NCBI GenBank assembly: GCA_003528115.1
Contig: DOGZ01000022.1
Location: forward strand, 24,397 to 85,965
Reading direction: 5' to 3'
From: Candidatus Omnitrophota bacterium
GTDB taxonomy: Bacteria > Omnitrophota > Gorgyraeia > Zapsychrales > Zapsychraceae
DNA: 61,569 bases
Under the pieces are notes generated by a model. That model saw only the letters and a list, made by a program, of their open reading frames with translations. It made no database searches and was not told the origin of the DNA. This document shows, one piece after another, positions 26,592 through 37,372 of this stretch. The translations under genes and the position numbers were made by a program. The number at the start of each line of letters is the position of its first letter. Positions within the stretch are counted from its first letter, which is position 1.

Positions 26592-26920
26592 TTTATCAAC
26601 ATCGGGGTTTGGCTGAAGGACGGTGGCAGCAGTTAAGTTTTATTGAACAAATGGCGAATATCGGAAGCGAAGTGGGACGTGCTTTGAGCTGGCGGGCGAA
26701 GGATAATCCCATTTATTGCCAGCGCGCGTTTGAGCGCGCCCTTGAGTTGATTGATTTAACTCTGGAAGGCGCGAAAGGTTTTCCTCGTCTCAAAGAGCTC
26801 ACCCGTTTGCGTGAAGCCCTTGTGGATTACTTTTATGGGGAAAATGAATTTATGTCGAGTGAAGCGACGTGGAATAATTATTTCCATCACTTCCTCTGGG
26901 CGGCACGTAAGAATTATTGA
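26588..26920 (+). CDS. hypothetical protein, ATGA-coupled to the preceding gene
   Basis: 110-aa ORF overlapping the upstream stop by 4 nt. No domain recognised. Confidence 0.55.
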   Translation: MIYQHRGLAEGRWQQLSFIEQMANIGSEVGRALSWRAKDNPIYCQRAFERALELIDLTLEGAKGFPRLKELTRLREALVDYFYGENEFMSSEATWNNYFHHFLWAARKNY

Positions 26921-26998
26921 AAGGGAAGGCCCCGCGGGGCGCTGAGCCGATTTCTCTAGGACGCGCGTGTTTGGCGATCTGTACAGTCAGGAAAATTT

Positions 26999-28393
26999 AT
27001 GAACTTCCTCAGACGTTTTCAAATCAAGGTGCCTTTGGTGATGATTTTCGCCATGTGCCTTGTTTTGCTTTTGAGTTTTTTATTGGTTTATAAATTCACC
27101 CTGGATTCTCAGTTGGACAACATCAGAAAAAGATTGATGGTACTGGCTCAGACGGCCGTGCTGACGATTGACCCCGAACTCCTCCAGAATGTTCCTCTTC
27201 ATAGACAAGGCGTTGAATCCGCGCCTTATCAGGTTATTAAAGAAAAACTGGAAAAGATAAAAAAGATAAGTCCGCAGATCAAGTATATTTATACAATGAC
27301 GAAGACGGAAACGGAGGGGGTTTGGCAGTTCATCGTTGATCCGGATCCCGTGGGTAGAGACAAGAAAGGGAAAGTGTTGACTTCTTTTCCGGGAGACCGG
27401 TATGACGTCTTTCGGTTCCCCGAGATGCTTCGGGCCTTTGAAGGGCCGTCGGCGGATCAAAGGCTTCATCGTGATGAGTGGGGGGTGACTTTGTCCGGGT
27501 ATGCCCCTGTCCTCGACAAAGAAGGCAAGGCTGTGGCCATGTTGGGGGTGGATATCCTGGCGGAGGATGTGTACGCCATCCAGCGGGAGGCCGAAAGGCG
27601 CGTTATCTTTGTGTTCGCTTTTGGAGTGATCCTTGCTTTGATTGTCGGGGGGATCATCTCAAGGACCATCACGCGCCCCGTCAGCAGACTTGTGGAAGGG
27701 ACAAGCCGCATCGCGCAAGGGAATCTCCAGTACAGAGTCCATATCGACGGGGATGATGAAATAAGCGATTTAGCCAGGTCATTTAATCAAATGGCCAGAA
27801 GTCTTTATAAATCCAAGAGAAGGATTTTCAGTTATTTTCATTATGTCGTCAAAACTTTGATCCGGGTGCTGGAAGCGAAGGATCATTACACCAAGGGACA
27901 TTCCCAGATGGTCGCTGAATATGCCGGAAAGATTGCTCTGAGAATGGGGGTCCCCCGGGAGGACATCAAAATCTTCAAAAAGATAACCCTTTTGCATGAT
28001 ATCGGCAAGGTGGGGATCGAAGATGGTATTTTAAACAAACCCGGCAAGCTCACCGATGAGGAAAGGAAAAGAATCAATGAACACCCCCTCATCGGCGAAG
28101 AGATTTTAAGGCCCATTATCGGTAATGAAAAAATGCTGGCCGTTGTCCGGGGACATCATGAACGTTACGACGGCCAAGGGTATCCGGACAGGCTCGGTAA
28201 AGATGAAATTAATATTTTCGCGGCCATCGTGGCCGTGGCGGACACCTATGACGCCATGACCTCGGACCGGGCCTACAGAAAGGCCTTGGGTCATCACGCG
28301 GCCGTCGAAGAACTCAAAAAAAACCGCGGCACCCAATTCCATCCTAAGATTGTCGATGTTTTTCTGCAGGTCCTGGAAGAAGAAAAGTTTTGA
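26999..28393 (+). CDS. membrane sensor with periplasmic domain, HAMP and HD-GYP phosphodiesterase domain
   Basis: Two TM segments, a HAMP-like RPVSRLVEGTSRIAQGNL, and HD-GYP motifs LLHDIGK and HHERYDGQGYP. Confidence 0.85.
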   Translation: MNFLRRFQIKVPLVMIFAMCLVLLLSFLLVYKFTLDSQLDNIRKRLMVLAQTAVLTIDPELLQNVPLHRQGVESAPYQVIKEKLEKIKKISPQIKYIYTMTKTETEGVWQFIVDPDPVGRDKKGKVLTSFPGDRYDVFRFPEMLRAFEGPSADQRLHRDEWGVTLSGYAPVLDKEGKAVAMLGVDILAEDVYAIQREAERRVIFVFAFGVILALIVGGIISRTITRPVSRLVEGTSRIAQGNLQYRVHIDGDDEISDLARSFNQMARSLYKSKRRIFSYFHYVVKTLIRVLEAKDHYTKGHSQMVAEYAGKIALRMGVPREDIKIFKKITLLHDIGKVGIEDGILNKPGKLTDEERKRINEHPLIGEEILRPIIGNEKMLAVVRGHHERYDGQGYPDRLGKDEINIFAAIVAVADTYDAMTSDRAYRKALGHHAAVEELKKNRGTQFHPKIVDVFLQVLEEEKF

Positions 28394-28452
28394 TGCGAGG
28401 GAACAGTCAATATACGGGTTAAAAGCAATTCCATTTATAAAGGAAGGAAGAA

Positions 28453-29895
28453 ATGATGTCGAAAACACACGCGGAACCGTCCTATTCGAATTATCGATTA
28501 ACCGTGCGGCTTGAGCTGGAAAATCAGCCCGGGATTTTCGCCTCGGTAGTCAATTTGCTGGCGAAAGAGCGGGCGAATTTAGGAGCGGTGGATATCGTCC
28601 AGGTAACAAAGGATCACATGGTGCGGGACATTACTTTTGATGTGGATAATGAGGCCCATGGTCAACGGATTCTTGACGAATTTCGCAGTTTAAATAAAGT
28701 AAAAGTGATTTCCTTCTCCGATCCGATTTTTCTTATCCATCTGGGAGGAAAAATACGCGTTGAGAATAAAATCCCCATTCTTACCAGAAATCAACTTTCC
28801 ATGGCCTATACGCCCGGGGTTGCCAAAGTCTCCAAGGCCATAGCGGAAGATGTATCGAAAGTTTATACGTTGACTATCAAAGGGAATAGCGTCGCGGTCA
28901 TTAGTGATGGTTCCGCCATTCTGGGGCTCGGGAATTTGGGGCCGGAAGCCGCTTTGCCGGTCATGGAAGGTAAGGCGATGATTTTTAAGGAATTTGCCGG
29001 CATTGACGCGTGGCCTATTTGTTTGGCGACGCAGGAAACGGAAGACATTATCAAGACGGTTCAGCACATCGCCCCTGTTTTTGGCGGGATCAATTTGGAA
29101 GATATCAGCGCCCCGCGTTGTTTTGAAATTGAAGAGCGGCTTAAATCCATCCTCGACATACCGGTGATGCATGATGATCAGCATGGGACCGCCGTTGTGA
29201 TCTTGGCCGCGCTAAGAAATGCCTTAAAATTGGTCGGGAAAGATATTAAGGAAATTAAAGTTGTGGTGAGCGGACTGGGCGCCGCGGGCATTGCGTGTTG
29301 TAAGATCCTGTTAAACGCGGGGGTCGAGCATCTTTATGGCGCGAAGCGAAAAGGGGTCGTCTTGATCTGTAATGAAAAAAATATTCACGCCGCGCGAAAG
29401 GACATATTTTCTTGTATTAAACCGGAGGAGCCTTTTTTAACCTTACGTGAGGCCCTCATCGAGGCGGATGTGTTTATCGGCGTGTCTGCGGGAAACATCT
29501 TAACAGCGAAAGATGTTAAGCGCATGAATAAAGATAATATTGTTTTTGCCGTAGCCAATCCGGATCCGGAAATAGATCCTAAAGAGGCTATTAAAGTTTG
29601 CCGTATTTTTGCGACGGGCCGCTCGGATTTTCCTAACCAGATTAATAATGCCTTGGCATTTCCTGGGATTTTCCGAGGAGCCCTTAATGTCAGAGCTCGA
29701 CAAATCAACGAAGACATGAAGCTCGCGGCCGCGGCGGCCATCGCGGGTCTTATTCATGAGGACCAATTAAATGATGAGTATATTATTCCGAGTATTTTTG
29801 ATCAGCGTGTCGTTAAAGCGGTGTCTTCCGCTGTTGAGCTTGCCGCGCATAAGACCGGAGTTTCACGCAAGAAAATGAGAACGGAGAATTACTGA
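28453..29895 (+). CDS. NAD(P)-dependent malic enzyme with an N-terminal ACT domain
   Basis: LSMAYTPGVA, VISDGSAILGLGNLG, GINLEDI, Rossmann VVSGLGAAGIA. A ~75-aa ACT-like N-terminus. Confidence 0.9.
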   Translation: MMSKTHAEPSYSNYRLTVRLELENQPGIFASVVNLLAKERANLGAVDIVQVTKDHMVRDITFDVDNEAHGQRILDEFRSLNKVKVISFSDPIFLIHLGGKIRVENKIPILTRNQLSMAYTPGVAKVSKAIAEDVSKVYTLTIKGNSVAVISDGSAILGLGNLGPEAALPVMEGKAMIFKEFAGIDAWPICLATQETEDIIKTVQHIAPVFGGINLEDISAPRCFEIEERLKSILDIPVMHDDQHGTAVVILAALRNALKLVGKDIKEIKVVVSGLGAAGIACCKILLNAGVEHLYGAKRKGVVLICNEKNIHAARKDIFSCIKPEEPFLTLREALIEADVFIGVSAGNILTAKDVKRMNKDNIVFAVANPDPEIDPKEAIKVCRIFATGRSDFPNQINNALAFPGIFRGALNVRARQINEDMKLAAAAAIAGLIHEDQLNDEYIIPSIFDQRVVKAVSSAVELAAHKTGVSRKKMRTENY

Positions 29896-30000
29896 TTTTC
29901 CCCAAAGTAATGGACCATTATGGTGGTCAGTAGGTTTTAAATATTCCATCCTTTCTATGTCTATTAAATAATTTTCCAGAAAATTGAGGGGAGTTTCTAA

Positions 30001-31686
30001 ATGGGGCGCCATAAACTTAAACCGAAATTGATAACAGTATTAAAAGAAGGATATTCGCTAAAAAAATTTGTTCCTGATTTAATTGCAGGAATTATTGTAG
30101 GGATTGTCGCGTTACCGTTAGCCATCGCTTTTGCCATTGCTTCCGGCGTTAAACCCGAACAGGGATTATATACGGCAGTTGTGGCAGGGTTTATTGTTTC
30201 TTGTTTAAGCGGCAGCCGTGTTCAAATCGGCGGGCCGACGGGCGCATTTATTGTCATCGTTTACGGTATCGTTTCAAAATATGGGTATGACGGTTTGGCG
30301 ACAGCAACTTTAATGGCTGGATTCTTGCTTATTTTGATGGGGATTGCGCGGTTCGGTGATATCATTAAATATATCCCTTATCCCGTGACAGTCGGGTTTA
30401 CCGGGGGAATAGCATTAATTATTTTGGCAGCGCAGATTCGGGATTTTCTAGGATTGACCGGAGGGGCTGTCCCAGCGGAATTTATTGAAAAGATCAAGTA
30501 TTATGCCGAACATATTAATACTTATAATTTTTACGCCGTCGGTATAGGTATTTTAACGCTGTTGATTATCGTTTATTGGCCCAAGGTCACGCGAAAAATT
30601 CCGGGGTCTTTTATTGCAATTATTTTTACGACGCTGCTCGTTAAAATATTTCATCTGCCGATTGAAACGATCGGCAGCCGTTTTGGAGGGGTCCCCAATA
30701 CGTTACCGATGCCGCATGTACCTAATATCAGCATAGATATTATAAAAAAATTAAGTTCACCGGCTCTAACGATTGCCATGTTGGCGGGTATCGAATCATT
30801 GCTTTCCGCTGTTGTTGCCGATGGCATGACAGGCAACCGCCATCGTTCCAACATGGAATTAATCGCCCAAGGAGTGGCCAATATTGCTTCCCCCGTTATG
30901 GGTGGAATCCCAGCGACTGGCGCAATTGCCAGAACAGCCACCAATGTTAAAAATGGCGGGCGAACACCGTTTGCGGGCATTATTCATGCGGTCACACTTT
31001 TACTTATTTTAATTTTTTTCGGACCATGGGCAGCTTTGATTCCGATGGCGGCTCTGGCCGGCATACTCATCAGTGTTGCTTATAATATGAGCGAATGGCA
31101 TTTATTTGTTAAAATATTTAGAAGTCCAATGAGTGATGTCATCGTTCTATTGACGACGTTTTTGTTGACAGTATTCGTTGATCTGACTGTCGCCATCAAA
31201 TTCGGTGTTGTGCTGGCGGCTTTTTTATTTATGAAAAGGATGTCCGAGGCAACGGAAGTCGGATACATCACAGATTCTTTAGTTGATCAAGAGATCGATG
31301 AAGAAGATATGGTTGATCAAAATCGAATATCACAAAAAGATATTCCCGATGAAGTTGAAGTATTTGAAATAGATGGGCCGTTTTTCTTTGGAGCAGCCGA
31401 TAAATTTAAAGATACGATTCGCAGTCTTGAGAAGAAGCCTAAAATTCTTATTCTTCGCATGCGGCATGTTCCAACGATTGATGCGACTGGAATAAGCGCT
31501 CTGGAAAATGTATTGAGTCTTTCCAAGCAAGATGGCACTCGAATTATTTTGTCGGGATTACAGGCAAGACCTTTAGAGAAAATGAAACGGGCCGGTTTAT
31601 TAAAGTATATCGAAGATGAAAATATTCAGTCGACCATTGATCAAACGTTCGATCGTGCACGACAGATACTTAAGGAGAACAAGTAA
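30001..31686 (+). CDS. SulP-family anion transporter with a C-terminal STAS domain
   Basis: Sulfate_transp-type TM core (GLYTAVVAGF, QIGGPTGAF, ATNVKNGGRTP) and STAS (ILILRMRHVPTIDATGISALE). Confidence 0.9.
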   Translation: MGRHKLKPKLITVLKEGYSLKKFVPDLIAGIIVGIVALPLAIAFAIASGVKPEQGLYTAVVAGFIVSCLSGSRVQIGGPTGAFIVIVYGIVSKYGYDGLATATLMAGFLLILMGIARFGDIIKYIPYPVTVGFTGGIALIILAAQIRDFLGLTGGAVPAEFIEKIKYYAEHINTYNFYAVGIGILTLLIIVYWPKVTRKIPGSFIAIIFTTLLVKIFHLPIETIGSRFGGVPNTLPMPHVPNISIDIIKKLSSPALTIAMLAGIESLLSAVVADGMTGNRHRSNMELIAQGVANIASPVMGGIPATGAIARTATNVKNGGRTPFAGIIHAVTLLLILIFFGPWAALIPMAALAGILISVAYNMSEWHLFVKIFRSPMSDVIVLLTTFLLTVFVDLTVAIKFGVVLAAFLFMKRMSEATEVGYITDSLVDQEIDEEDMVDQNRISQKDIPDEVEVFEIDGPFFFGAADKFKDTIRSLEKKPKILILRMRHVPTIDATGISALENVLSLSKQDGTRIILSGLQARPLEKMKRAGLLKYIEDENIQSTIDQTFDRARQILKENK

Positions 31687-31688
31687 CG

Positions 31689-32399
31689 ATGGAACTGACG
31701 ATTAACGATATCGTTAAGATTTTTGCGGTTCCGGAGGATACGGTTAACAATTGGATTGAAAAAAAAGATATGCCTTGTATCAAGGCGAATGAACAATATC
31801 GTTTTAATTATATTGAATTGCTTGATTGGGCTCTTCAGAAGAAAATCCAACTGACTCCCGAAGTATTGAGTTTGGGAGACCGCGAGAATTATGAGGTTAG
31901 TGTTTTATACCAAGCGATTAAAAACGGTCGTATTCATTATGATGTTCCCGGGGATAATCGGGAAGAAGTTTTGAAATCTATTGTTGATATATTGCCTCTT
32001 CCGTCTAAGTTAAATAGGAAATCTCTTTGGCAGATGTTGATTGCCCGAGAAAAAATGATGGCAACGGCTCTTGGCAATGGCATCGCTATTCCCCATGTAC
32101 GTAATCCAGTTGTTTTGAATATAGAGCAGCCTTCCATCTCTTTGTGTTTCTTGAAAAAAACCGTCGATTTTAAAGCAATTGACGGCAAACCGGTTTTTAT
32201 CCTCTTTATTCTCTTAAGCCCCTCCGTTAAAAGCCATTTAACTCTTCTAAGCCGGTTAGCTTATTGTTTGCAGAGTACAAAGCTCCAGGGATATTTGCAG
32301 GCAAAAGCGACACAAGAAGAAATTTTAGCTGAAATTAGGATTCTTGAATCAAAATTATCCTCCGTTCCTGATGAGAATGGGAAGAAAGGGGATCGATGA
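31689..32399 (+). CDS. HTH (excisionase/MerR-like) fused to a PTS EIIA type-2 (PtsN-like) domain
   Basis: N-terminal LTINDIVKIFAVPEDTVNNWIEKKDMP. EIIA motif ALGNGIAIPHVRNP with the phospho-His. Confidence 0.8.
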   Translation: MELTINDIVKIFAVPEDTVNNWIEKKDMPCIKANEQYRFNYIELLDWALQKKIQLTPEVLSLGDRENYEVSVLYQAIKNGRIHYDVPGDNREEVLKSIVDILPLPSKLNRKSLWQMLIAREKMMATALGNGIAIPHVRNPVVLNIEQPSISLCFLKKTVDFKAIDGKPVFILFILLSPSVKSHLTLLSRLAYCLQSTKLQGYLQAKATQEEILAEIRILESKLSSVPDENGKKGDR

Positions 32400-34375
32400 T
32401 GGACTTTTTTTTATACAGTCTGACTATTTTGTCTGTCTCCGGGGTTTTAATAATACTGACCACGCGATTTAGAAAAATGAGCGAAAGTATTTTCCTGATC
32501 TCGTTGATATTAGGATGCGGCTTGGGGTTCATTTCTGCCGTAACTATCCTTGCTAGTCGGACACCAATAGATTATCGGTTGAATTTTCGAATGCCTATCG
32601 GAGAGTTCTATATAGGTGTCGACCCCTTAAGTGCATTCTTTTTATTAGTGATTACCATTTTATTTTTTTTGGCTGGTTTATATGGGTACAGTTATTTGAA
32701 AGATCATGGGAAAAAGAATTTAAGTGTTCATTATGCTCTCTATCATTTGGCGTTAATTTCTTTGATGCTTGTGGTCACCGCCCAAAATGCTGTTTTATTT
32801 CTGATGGCTTGGGAGATGGTAACAGTCACGTCGTATTTTCTTATTGTATTTTATGACGAGAGGGAAGTTACGAGAAAAGCCGGATATCTTTTTTTGATAG
32901 CCGCGCATACTGGAACATTTTGTTTATGGGTGATGTTTCTTCTAATGGCGCGTCACACAGGGGCGATGAATTTTGATCAAATGATGTTAACACCATTTCC
33001 TTTACCACTTGCGGGCTTGCTTTTTGTTTTAGGAGTTATAGGTTTTGGTGTTAAAACGGGCTTTATTCCTCTTCATATATGGCTGCCCCACGCTCATCCG
33101 GCAGCTCCGAGTCATGTATCAGCAGTTTTGTCCGCCGTTATGATCAAGATGGGTGTTTATGGATTAATGAGAATCATTTTTATTATTAAAGATTTTCCGG
33201 AATGGTGTGCGGTTACGTTGCTTTTGATTGGAATGATCTCAGGAGTGGGGGGTGTTTTGTATGCGTTAGGTCAGCATGAAATCAAAAAATTACTCGCTTA
33301 TCACAGTATTGAAAATATCGGGATTATAACACTAGGTTTAGGAACGGGATTGTGGGGGCAGATTTATCATAATGAGTCTGTGATTCTTGTTGGTTATGCC
33401 GGCGCGCTTTTGCATGTTTTTAATCATGCCGTTTTTAAAGGGCTTTTATTTTTAAGCGCAGGATCAGTGATCCGATCGACGCATACGGGAGAGATTGACC
33501 ATCTAGGGGGACTTTTGAAACACCTTCCTTGGACAGGATGTTTATTTTTAATTGGTTCTTTATCGATCTGCGGGTTACCGCTCTTTAATGGTTTTGTCAG
33601 TGAGTGGCTTGTTTTCCGTGGATTGTTTGAAGGGATGTTTCAGTTTAAAATGAACGCGCTTATTTTTAACAGTTTGGGTATTATTTCATTGGCCTTGATC
33701 GGTGGTTTGGCCGCGGCGTGTTTTGCGAAAGCTTTTGGCGCGATATTTCTAGGGAATAGTCGATCGGTTGATTTTACTCATGTAAAAGAAAATTCTCCCA
33801 TCATGTGTGTTTCAATGTTTGTACTAGGAGGGATTTGCTTGTGGATTGGATTTTTTCCAACGCAAATGGTGTCTTTTGCCTTGGGGGCCGCTTCAACTAT
33901 TTCCAGCGCTCAGATTTCAACCACAATTGAGGAGGCAATTATTTTTCCTCTTTTAAAAGTAGTGTTAGTTCTGATTATTTTGATGACGATTGCCGTTGTC
34001 CTGATTTTATTTAAAAGGATCGCGATGAAATTTCTACCCATTGAAAATGCGCCGACATGGGGGTGCGGGTATTCTCTCCCAACGCGTCGCATGCAGTACA
34101 CGGCTTCATCATTTGCAGAACCGATTTTACGGATTTTTCGAAATGTCCTTGGGTTTAATGTTGAAGGGAATAAACCGAAAGGATATTTCCCTGATGAAGC
34201 GAAGATTTCTTCGCATGTCCTCGAAGCTTCCGAGGATATTTTGTTTCGTCCGATTTTTAAATTTATCGAGTTTTTATCGGTGAAATTTAAAATTATCCAA
34301 TATGGGTATACCCAGTTGTACTTGCTTTACATTTTTATTTTTCTTTTAGTTTTATTGGTTTGGAAAATGATTTAG
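32396..34375 (+). CDS. HyfB/HycC/NuoL-like antiporter-type membrane subunit
   Basis: Proton_antipo_M core GFGVKTGFIPLHIWLPHAHPAAPSHVSAVLSAVMIKMGVYG. 659 aa. ATGA overlap with the EIIA gene. Confidence 0.85.
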   Translation: MMDFFLYSLTILSVSGVLIILTTRFRKMSESIFLISLILGCGLGFISAVTILASRTPIDYRLNFRMPIGEFYIGVDPLSAFFLLVITILFFLAGLYGYSYLKDHGKKNLSVHYALYHLALISLMLVVTAQNAVLFLMAWEMVTVTSYFLIVFYDEREVTRKAGYLFLIAAHTGTFCLWVMFLLMARHTGAMNFDQMMLTPFPLPLAGLLFVLGVIGFGVKTGFIPLHIWLPHAHPAAPSHVSAVLSAVMIKMGVYGLMRIIFIIKDFPEWCAVTLLLIGMISGVGGVLYALGQHEIKKLLAYHSIENIGIITLGLGTGLWGQIYHNESVILVGYAGALLHVFNHAVFKGLLFLSAGSVIRSTHTGEIDHLGGLLKHLPWTGCLFLIGSLSICGLPLFNGFVSEWLVFRGLFEGMFQFKMNALIFNSLGIISLALIGGLAAACFAKAFGAIFLGNSRSVDFTHVKENSPIMCVSMFVLGGICLWIGFFPTQMVSFALGAASTISSAQISTTIEEAIIFPLLKVVLVLIILMTIAVVLILFKRIAMKFLPIENAPTWGCGYSLPTRRMQYTASSFAEPILRIFRNVLGFNVEGNKPKGYFPDEAKISSHVLEASEDILFRPIFKFIEFLSVKFKIIQYGYTQLYLLYIFIFLLVLLVWKMI

Positions 34376-34388
34376 AGAAATAAACGAT

Positions 34389-35306
34389 ATGGGATTCCAA
34401 ATTTTATTGCACATAGGTATTGTGATTATTTTGTCCCCGTTGCTTTTGGGAATTATCGGAAAAACAAAAGCCTTTTTTGCTGGACGCTGGGGGGCGCCGT
34501 TGTTACAGCCCTATTACGATATCGGGAAATTATTAAGAAAGGGAAATGTTTATAGCACGACAACAACGTGGATTTTTCAGGCGGCACCCATTGTTTCTTT
34601 GGCCGCTGTTCTTGTTTCATCAATTTTGATACCGATGGGCGGCTTAAAAGCTCCGTTTTCATTTTGGGGAGATATTATTCTTTTCGCGGGGCTTTACGCT
34701 TTAGCTAGATTCTTTATTATTATCGCAGCCCTTGATACAGGATCAAGTTTCGAAGGAATGGGCGCGAGCCGAGAAGCAGCCTTTTCATGTTTAGCGGAAA
34801 TCGTATTATTCTTAGATTTTATTATCCTCGCATTGTTGTCTAAAAAACTTATCTTATCAGAAATGATTATGCGAAATATTTTATCTTGGGAGTTATTCGG
34901 GCCGGTGCTTCTTTTGGTCGTGGCGAGTTATTTCTTGGTTTTATTGACGGAGAATGCGCGCATTCCCATTGATGACCCGGCCACACACTTAGAACTAACG
35001 ATGATCCATGAGGTGATGGTGTTGGATCATAGCGGATGGGACTTGGCTTATATTTTATACGGGGCTGCGATTAAGTTGTTTGTTTTAGGAGCGCTACTTG
35101 TCAATATTTTAATTCCGTTTCATGGTTTGCCTGCCATTGTGCAGTTTATGGTTTTCTGGGGGGGCATGATTATATTGGCGATTGGCCTTGGAATTGTAGA
35201 ATCTTGTATGGCAAGATTACGGTTAAATCGTGTTCCGCAATTGCTCACAGGTGCTTTTGTTTTAGCTTTGGTCGGACTGTTGATTATTTTAGTCAAAGGG
35301 GTATGA
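34389..35306 (+). CDS. HyfC/HycD/NuoH-like membrane subunit
   Basis: GKTKAFFAGRWGAPLLQPYYDIGKLLRK matches the HycD/NuoH N-terminal signature. 305 aa, about 8 TM. Confidence 0.85.
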   Translation: MGFQILLHIGIVIILSPLLLGIIGKTKAFFAGRWGAPLLQPYYDIGKLLRKGNVYSTTTTWIFQAAPIVSLAAVLVSSILIPMGGLKAPFSFWGDIILFAGLYALARFFIIIAALDTGSSFEGMGASREAAFSCLAEIVLFLDFIILALLSKKLILSEMIMRNILSWELFGPVLLLVVASYFLVLLTENARIPIDDPATHLELTMIHEVMVLDHSGWDLAYILYGAAIKLFVLGALLVNILIPFHGLPAIVQFMVFWGGMIILAIGLGIVESCMARLRLNRVPQLLTGAFVLALVGLLIILVKGV

Positions 35307-35941
35307 CGCCAATGTGGTTGGAATCGGCATTAATTTTAATTATTCTTTTTGGGATCATTATTTTAGGGAATAATCGTCTTTCGACTATGATCCAGCTTCT
35401 TGCGCTGCAATCTCTGGTGTTGAGCATAACACCTTTGTTGATCCATCCAAGTATTCATGCGTTTACCATGACAATCGTAACAATTGTTCTAAAAGTTATC
35501 GTGATGCCGAGTTTGCTTTTTTGGGCGATCCGGCATGTTTCTATTCGACGTGAAGTCCAGCCTCTCATTGGTTACGGGAAGACTTTATTATTAGGCGGTT
35601 TTCTTATGGGAGTGGCATTTTTGATATCTTCAAAATTAGACTTGCCTGATAAAGGAATGTCGAATTTATTGGTTCCCACGGCTTTTTCTCTTGTGATGAT
35701 CGGATTTTTACTTTTAGTCACCCGGTTTAAAGCGATCACTCAGGTTATTGGTTATCTGGTCATGGAAAACGGCATTTTTCTATTTGCCCTTTTATTATTG
35801 GAAAAAACACCTCTCTTAGTCGAGATGGGAATATTTTTGGATATTTTTGTCGGTGTTCTGGTCATGGGGATTATTATTAATCACATCAACCAGGAATTTG
35901 GTAGCGCGAGTACGGTTAATTTAACCAATTTGAGAGACTAG
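35303..35941 (+). CDS. HyfE-like small membrane subunit
   Basis: 212 aa if started at ATG 35303 (ATGA overlap with the upstream stop), about 7 TM, the size of E. coli HyfE. The track ORF from 35204 overlaps the previous gene. Confidence 0.7.
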   Translation: MTPMWLESALILIILFGIIILGNNRLSTMIQLLALQSLVLSITPLLIHPSIHAFTMTIVTIVLKVIVMPSLLFWAIRHVSIRREVQPLIGYGKTLLLGGFLMGVAFLISSKLDLPDKGMSNLLVPTAFSLVMIGFLLLVTRFKAITQVIGYLVMENGIFLFALLLLEKTPLLVEMGIFLDIFVGVLVMGIIINHINQEFGSASTVNLTNLRD

Positions 35942-35946
35942 ATTTT

Positions 35947-37371
35947 ATGGAGTTATTCTTATTATTAGAGCTGCCGTTGTTAATGGCCATGGTTGTTTTT
36001 CTTCCACAGAAAAATAGTTTAAGGAAAATTATTCTTCTGTTAACCAGTTCTATCCATGTGTTTGCAACGATCAGTCTTTGGCAGTATCCGCGGGCTGTTC
36101 GATTTAATTCTTTTTTAGGATTCGATGCCGTAAGCCAATTAGTTCTCAATTGTATCAGTCTCTTATTTTTTGTCGTTTCGATTTATCTGATAGGTTATCT
36201 TGATGAAAAGAAGCGTCGATCCAACAGGATTCTCATTAGCTGTCTGTTGGGGCTTCTGGCGAGCATGACGCTGGTTATGATGAGCCGGCATATGGGGCTT
36301 TTATGGATAGCCATTGCTTCGTCGACGTTATTAAGCGTCCCGTTAGTAAATTATTATCGTACCCCCAAAAGTATCGAGGCTACTTGGAAATATTTATTGA
36401 TTTCTTCGGTGGGCATTGCCTTAGGTTTACTCGGGACGCTTTTTTTGGCGATATCAGCGACGTCTATTAATACGATTTTCTTAGACGATATTTTAAATAA
36501 TGCGGCGTATCTTTCACCGTCGTGGTTAAAATTGAGCGTGATTTTTCTTTTGGTCGGGTATGGGACAAAAATGGGATTAGCCCCGATGCACACCTGGAAA
36601 CCCGACACGTACGGTGAAGCGCCATCACCCATCGGGGCGCTCATGTCCGGGGCCGTGACAGGGTGCGCTTTTCTGGCTGTCTTAAGAGTTTTTCAAATTT
36701 GTTTTTATGCGCATTTGAAGGAATTTGTTTCTCCAATATTGATTCTCTTGGGAATTTTATCTTTGGGGATAGCGGCGGTCTTTATCCTGGGACAGAAAGA
36801 TTTTAAACGGATGTTAGGCTATTCCAGTGTGGAGCATATGGGAATGTTGGTTTTGGCTCTGGGTTTAGGGGGAGGGGCGATTTGGGCCAGCTTATTTCAT
36901 ATGGTTAATAATACCTTTGCAAAAGGATTAATTTTTTTGGTATCAGGCAATCTGAACCAGATTTTCCGGAGCAGAAAAATTGAAAATATCCAAGGGGTCA
37001 TTCATCGGTTTCCCATCACTGGTGTCTGCTTGATTGTGGGATTGCTTGTGATCACCGGTTTCCCCCCCTTTGGGATTTTTTATAGCGAACTCTTAATTCT
37101 TAAAGAGGCGTTGATAACTCATCAGTACATGGTTGGGTTGTTTTATTTGCTATTTTTATCAGTGATTTTTTTTGGTTACGCAAGAATTATTTTAAGTATG
37201 GCTTTGGGCCAGCCAACAGAAGGCCATCATCAAAGGGTGAAGAAGGAAAATTTCTTTATGGTTGTGCCGTTAATTATTTTATTATTCATTTTATTTTTTG
37301 TCGGAATTTTGGTGCCCGATGCTTTTTATAATTTAATTAATGAAGCGATCGCGCTTTTAGGGGGAAAGTAA
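35947..37371 (+). CDS. HyfF/NuoN/NuoM-like antiporter-type membrane subunit
   Basis: GYGTKMGLAPMHTWKPDTYGEAPSPIGALMSG and MLGYSSVEHMG motifs. Confidence 0.85.
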   Translation: MELFLLLELPLLMAMVVFLPQKNSLRKIILLLTSSIHVFATISLWQYPRAVRFNSFLGFDAVSQLVLNCISLLFFVVSIYLIGYLDEKKRRSNRILISCLLGLLASMTLVMMSRHMGLLWIAIASSTLLSVPLVNYYRTPKSIEATWKYLLISSVGIALGLLGTLFLAISATSINTIFLDDILNNAAYLSPSWLKLSVIFLLVGYGTKMGLAPMHTWKPDTYGEAPSPIGALMSGAVTGCAFLAVLRVFQICFYAHLKEFVSPILILLGILSLGIAAVFILGQKDFKRMLGYSSVEHMGMLVLALGLGGGAIWASLFHMVNNTFAKGLIFLVSGNLNQIFRSRKIENIQGVIHRFPITGVCLIVGLLVITGFPPFGIFYSELLILKEALITHQYMVGLFYLLFLSVIFFGYARIILSMALGQPTEGHHQRVKKENFFMVVPLIILLFILFFVGILVPDAFYNLINEAIALLGGK

Positions 37372-37372
37372 A

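Noticed and set aside
35204-35302. N-terminal extension of the HyfE-like ORF
   Set aside because: It overlaps the 3' end of the HyfC-like gene. ATG 35303 forms an ATGA overlap and gives a HyfE-sized product.
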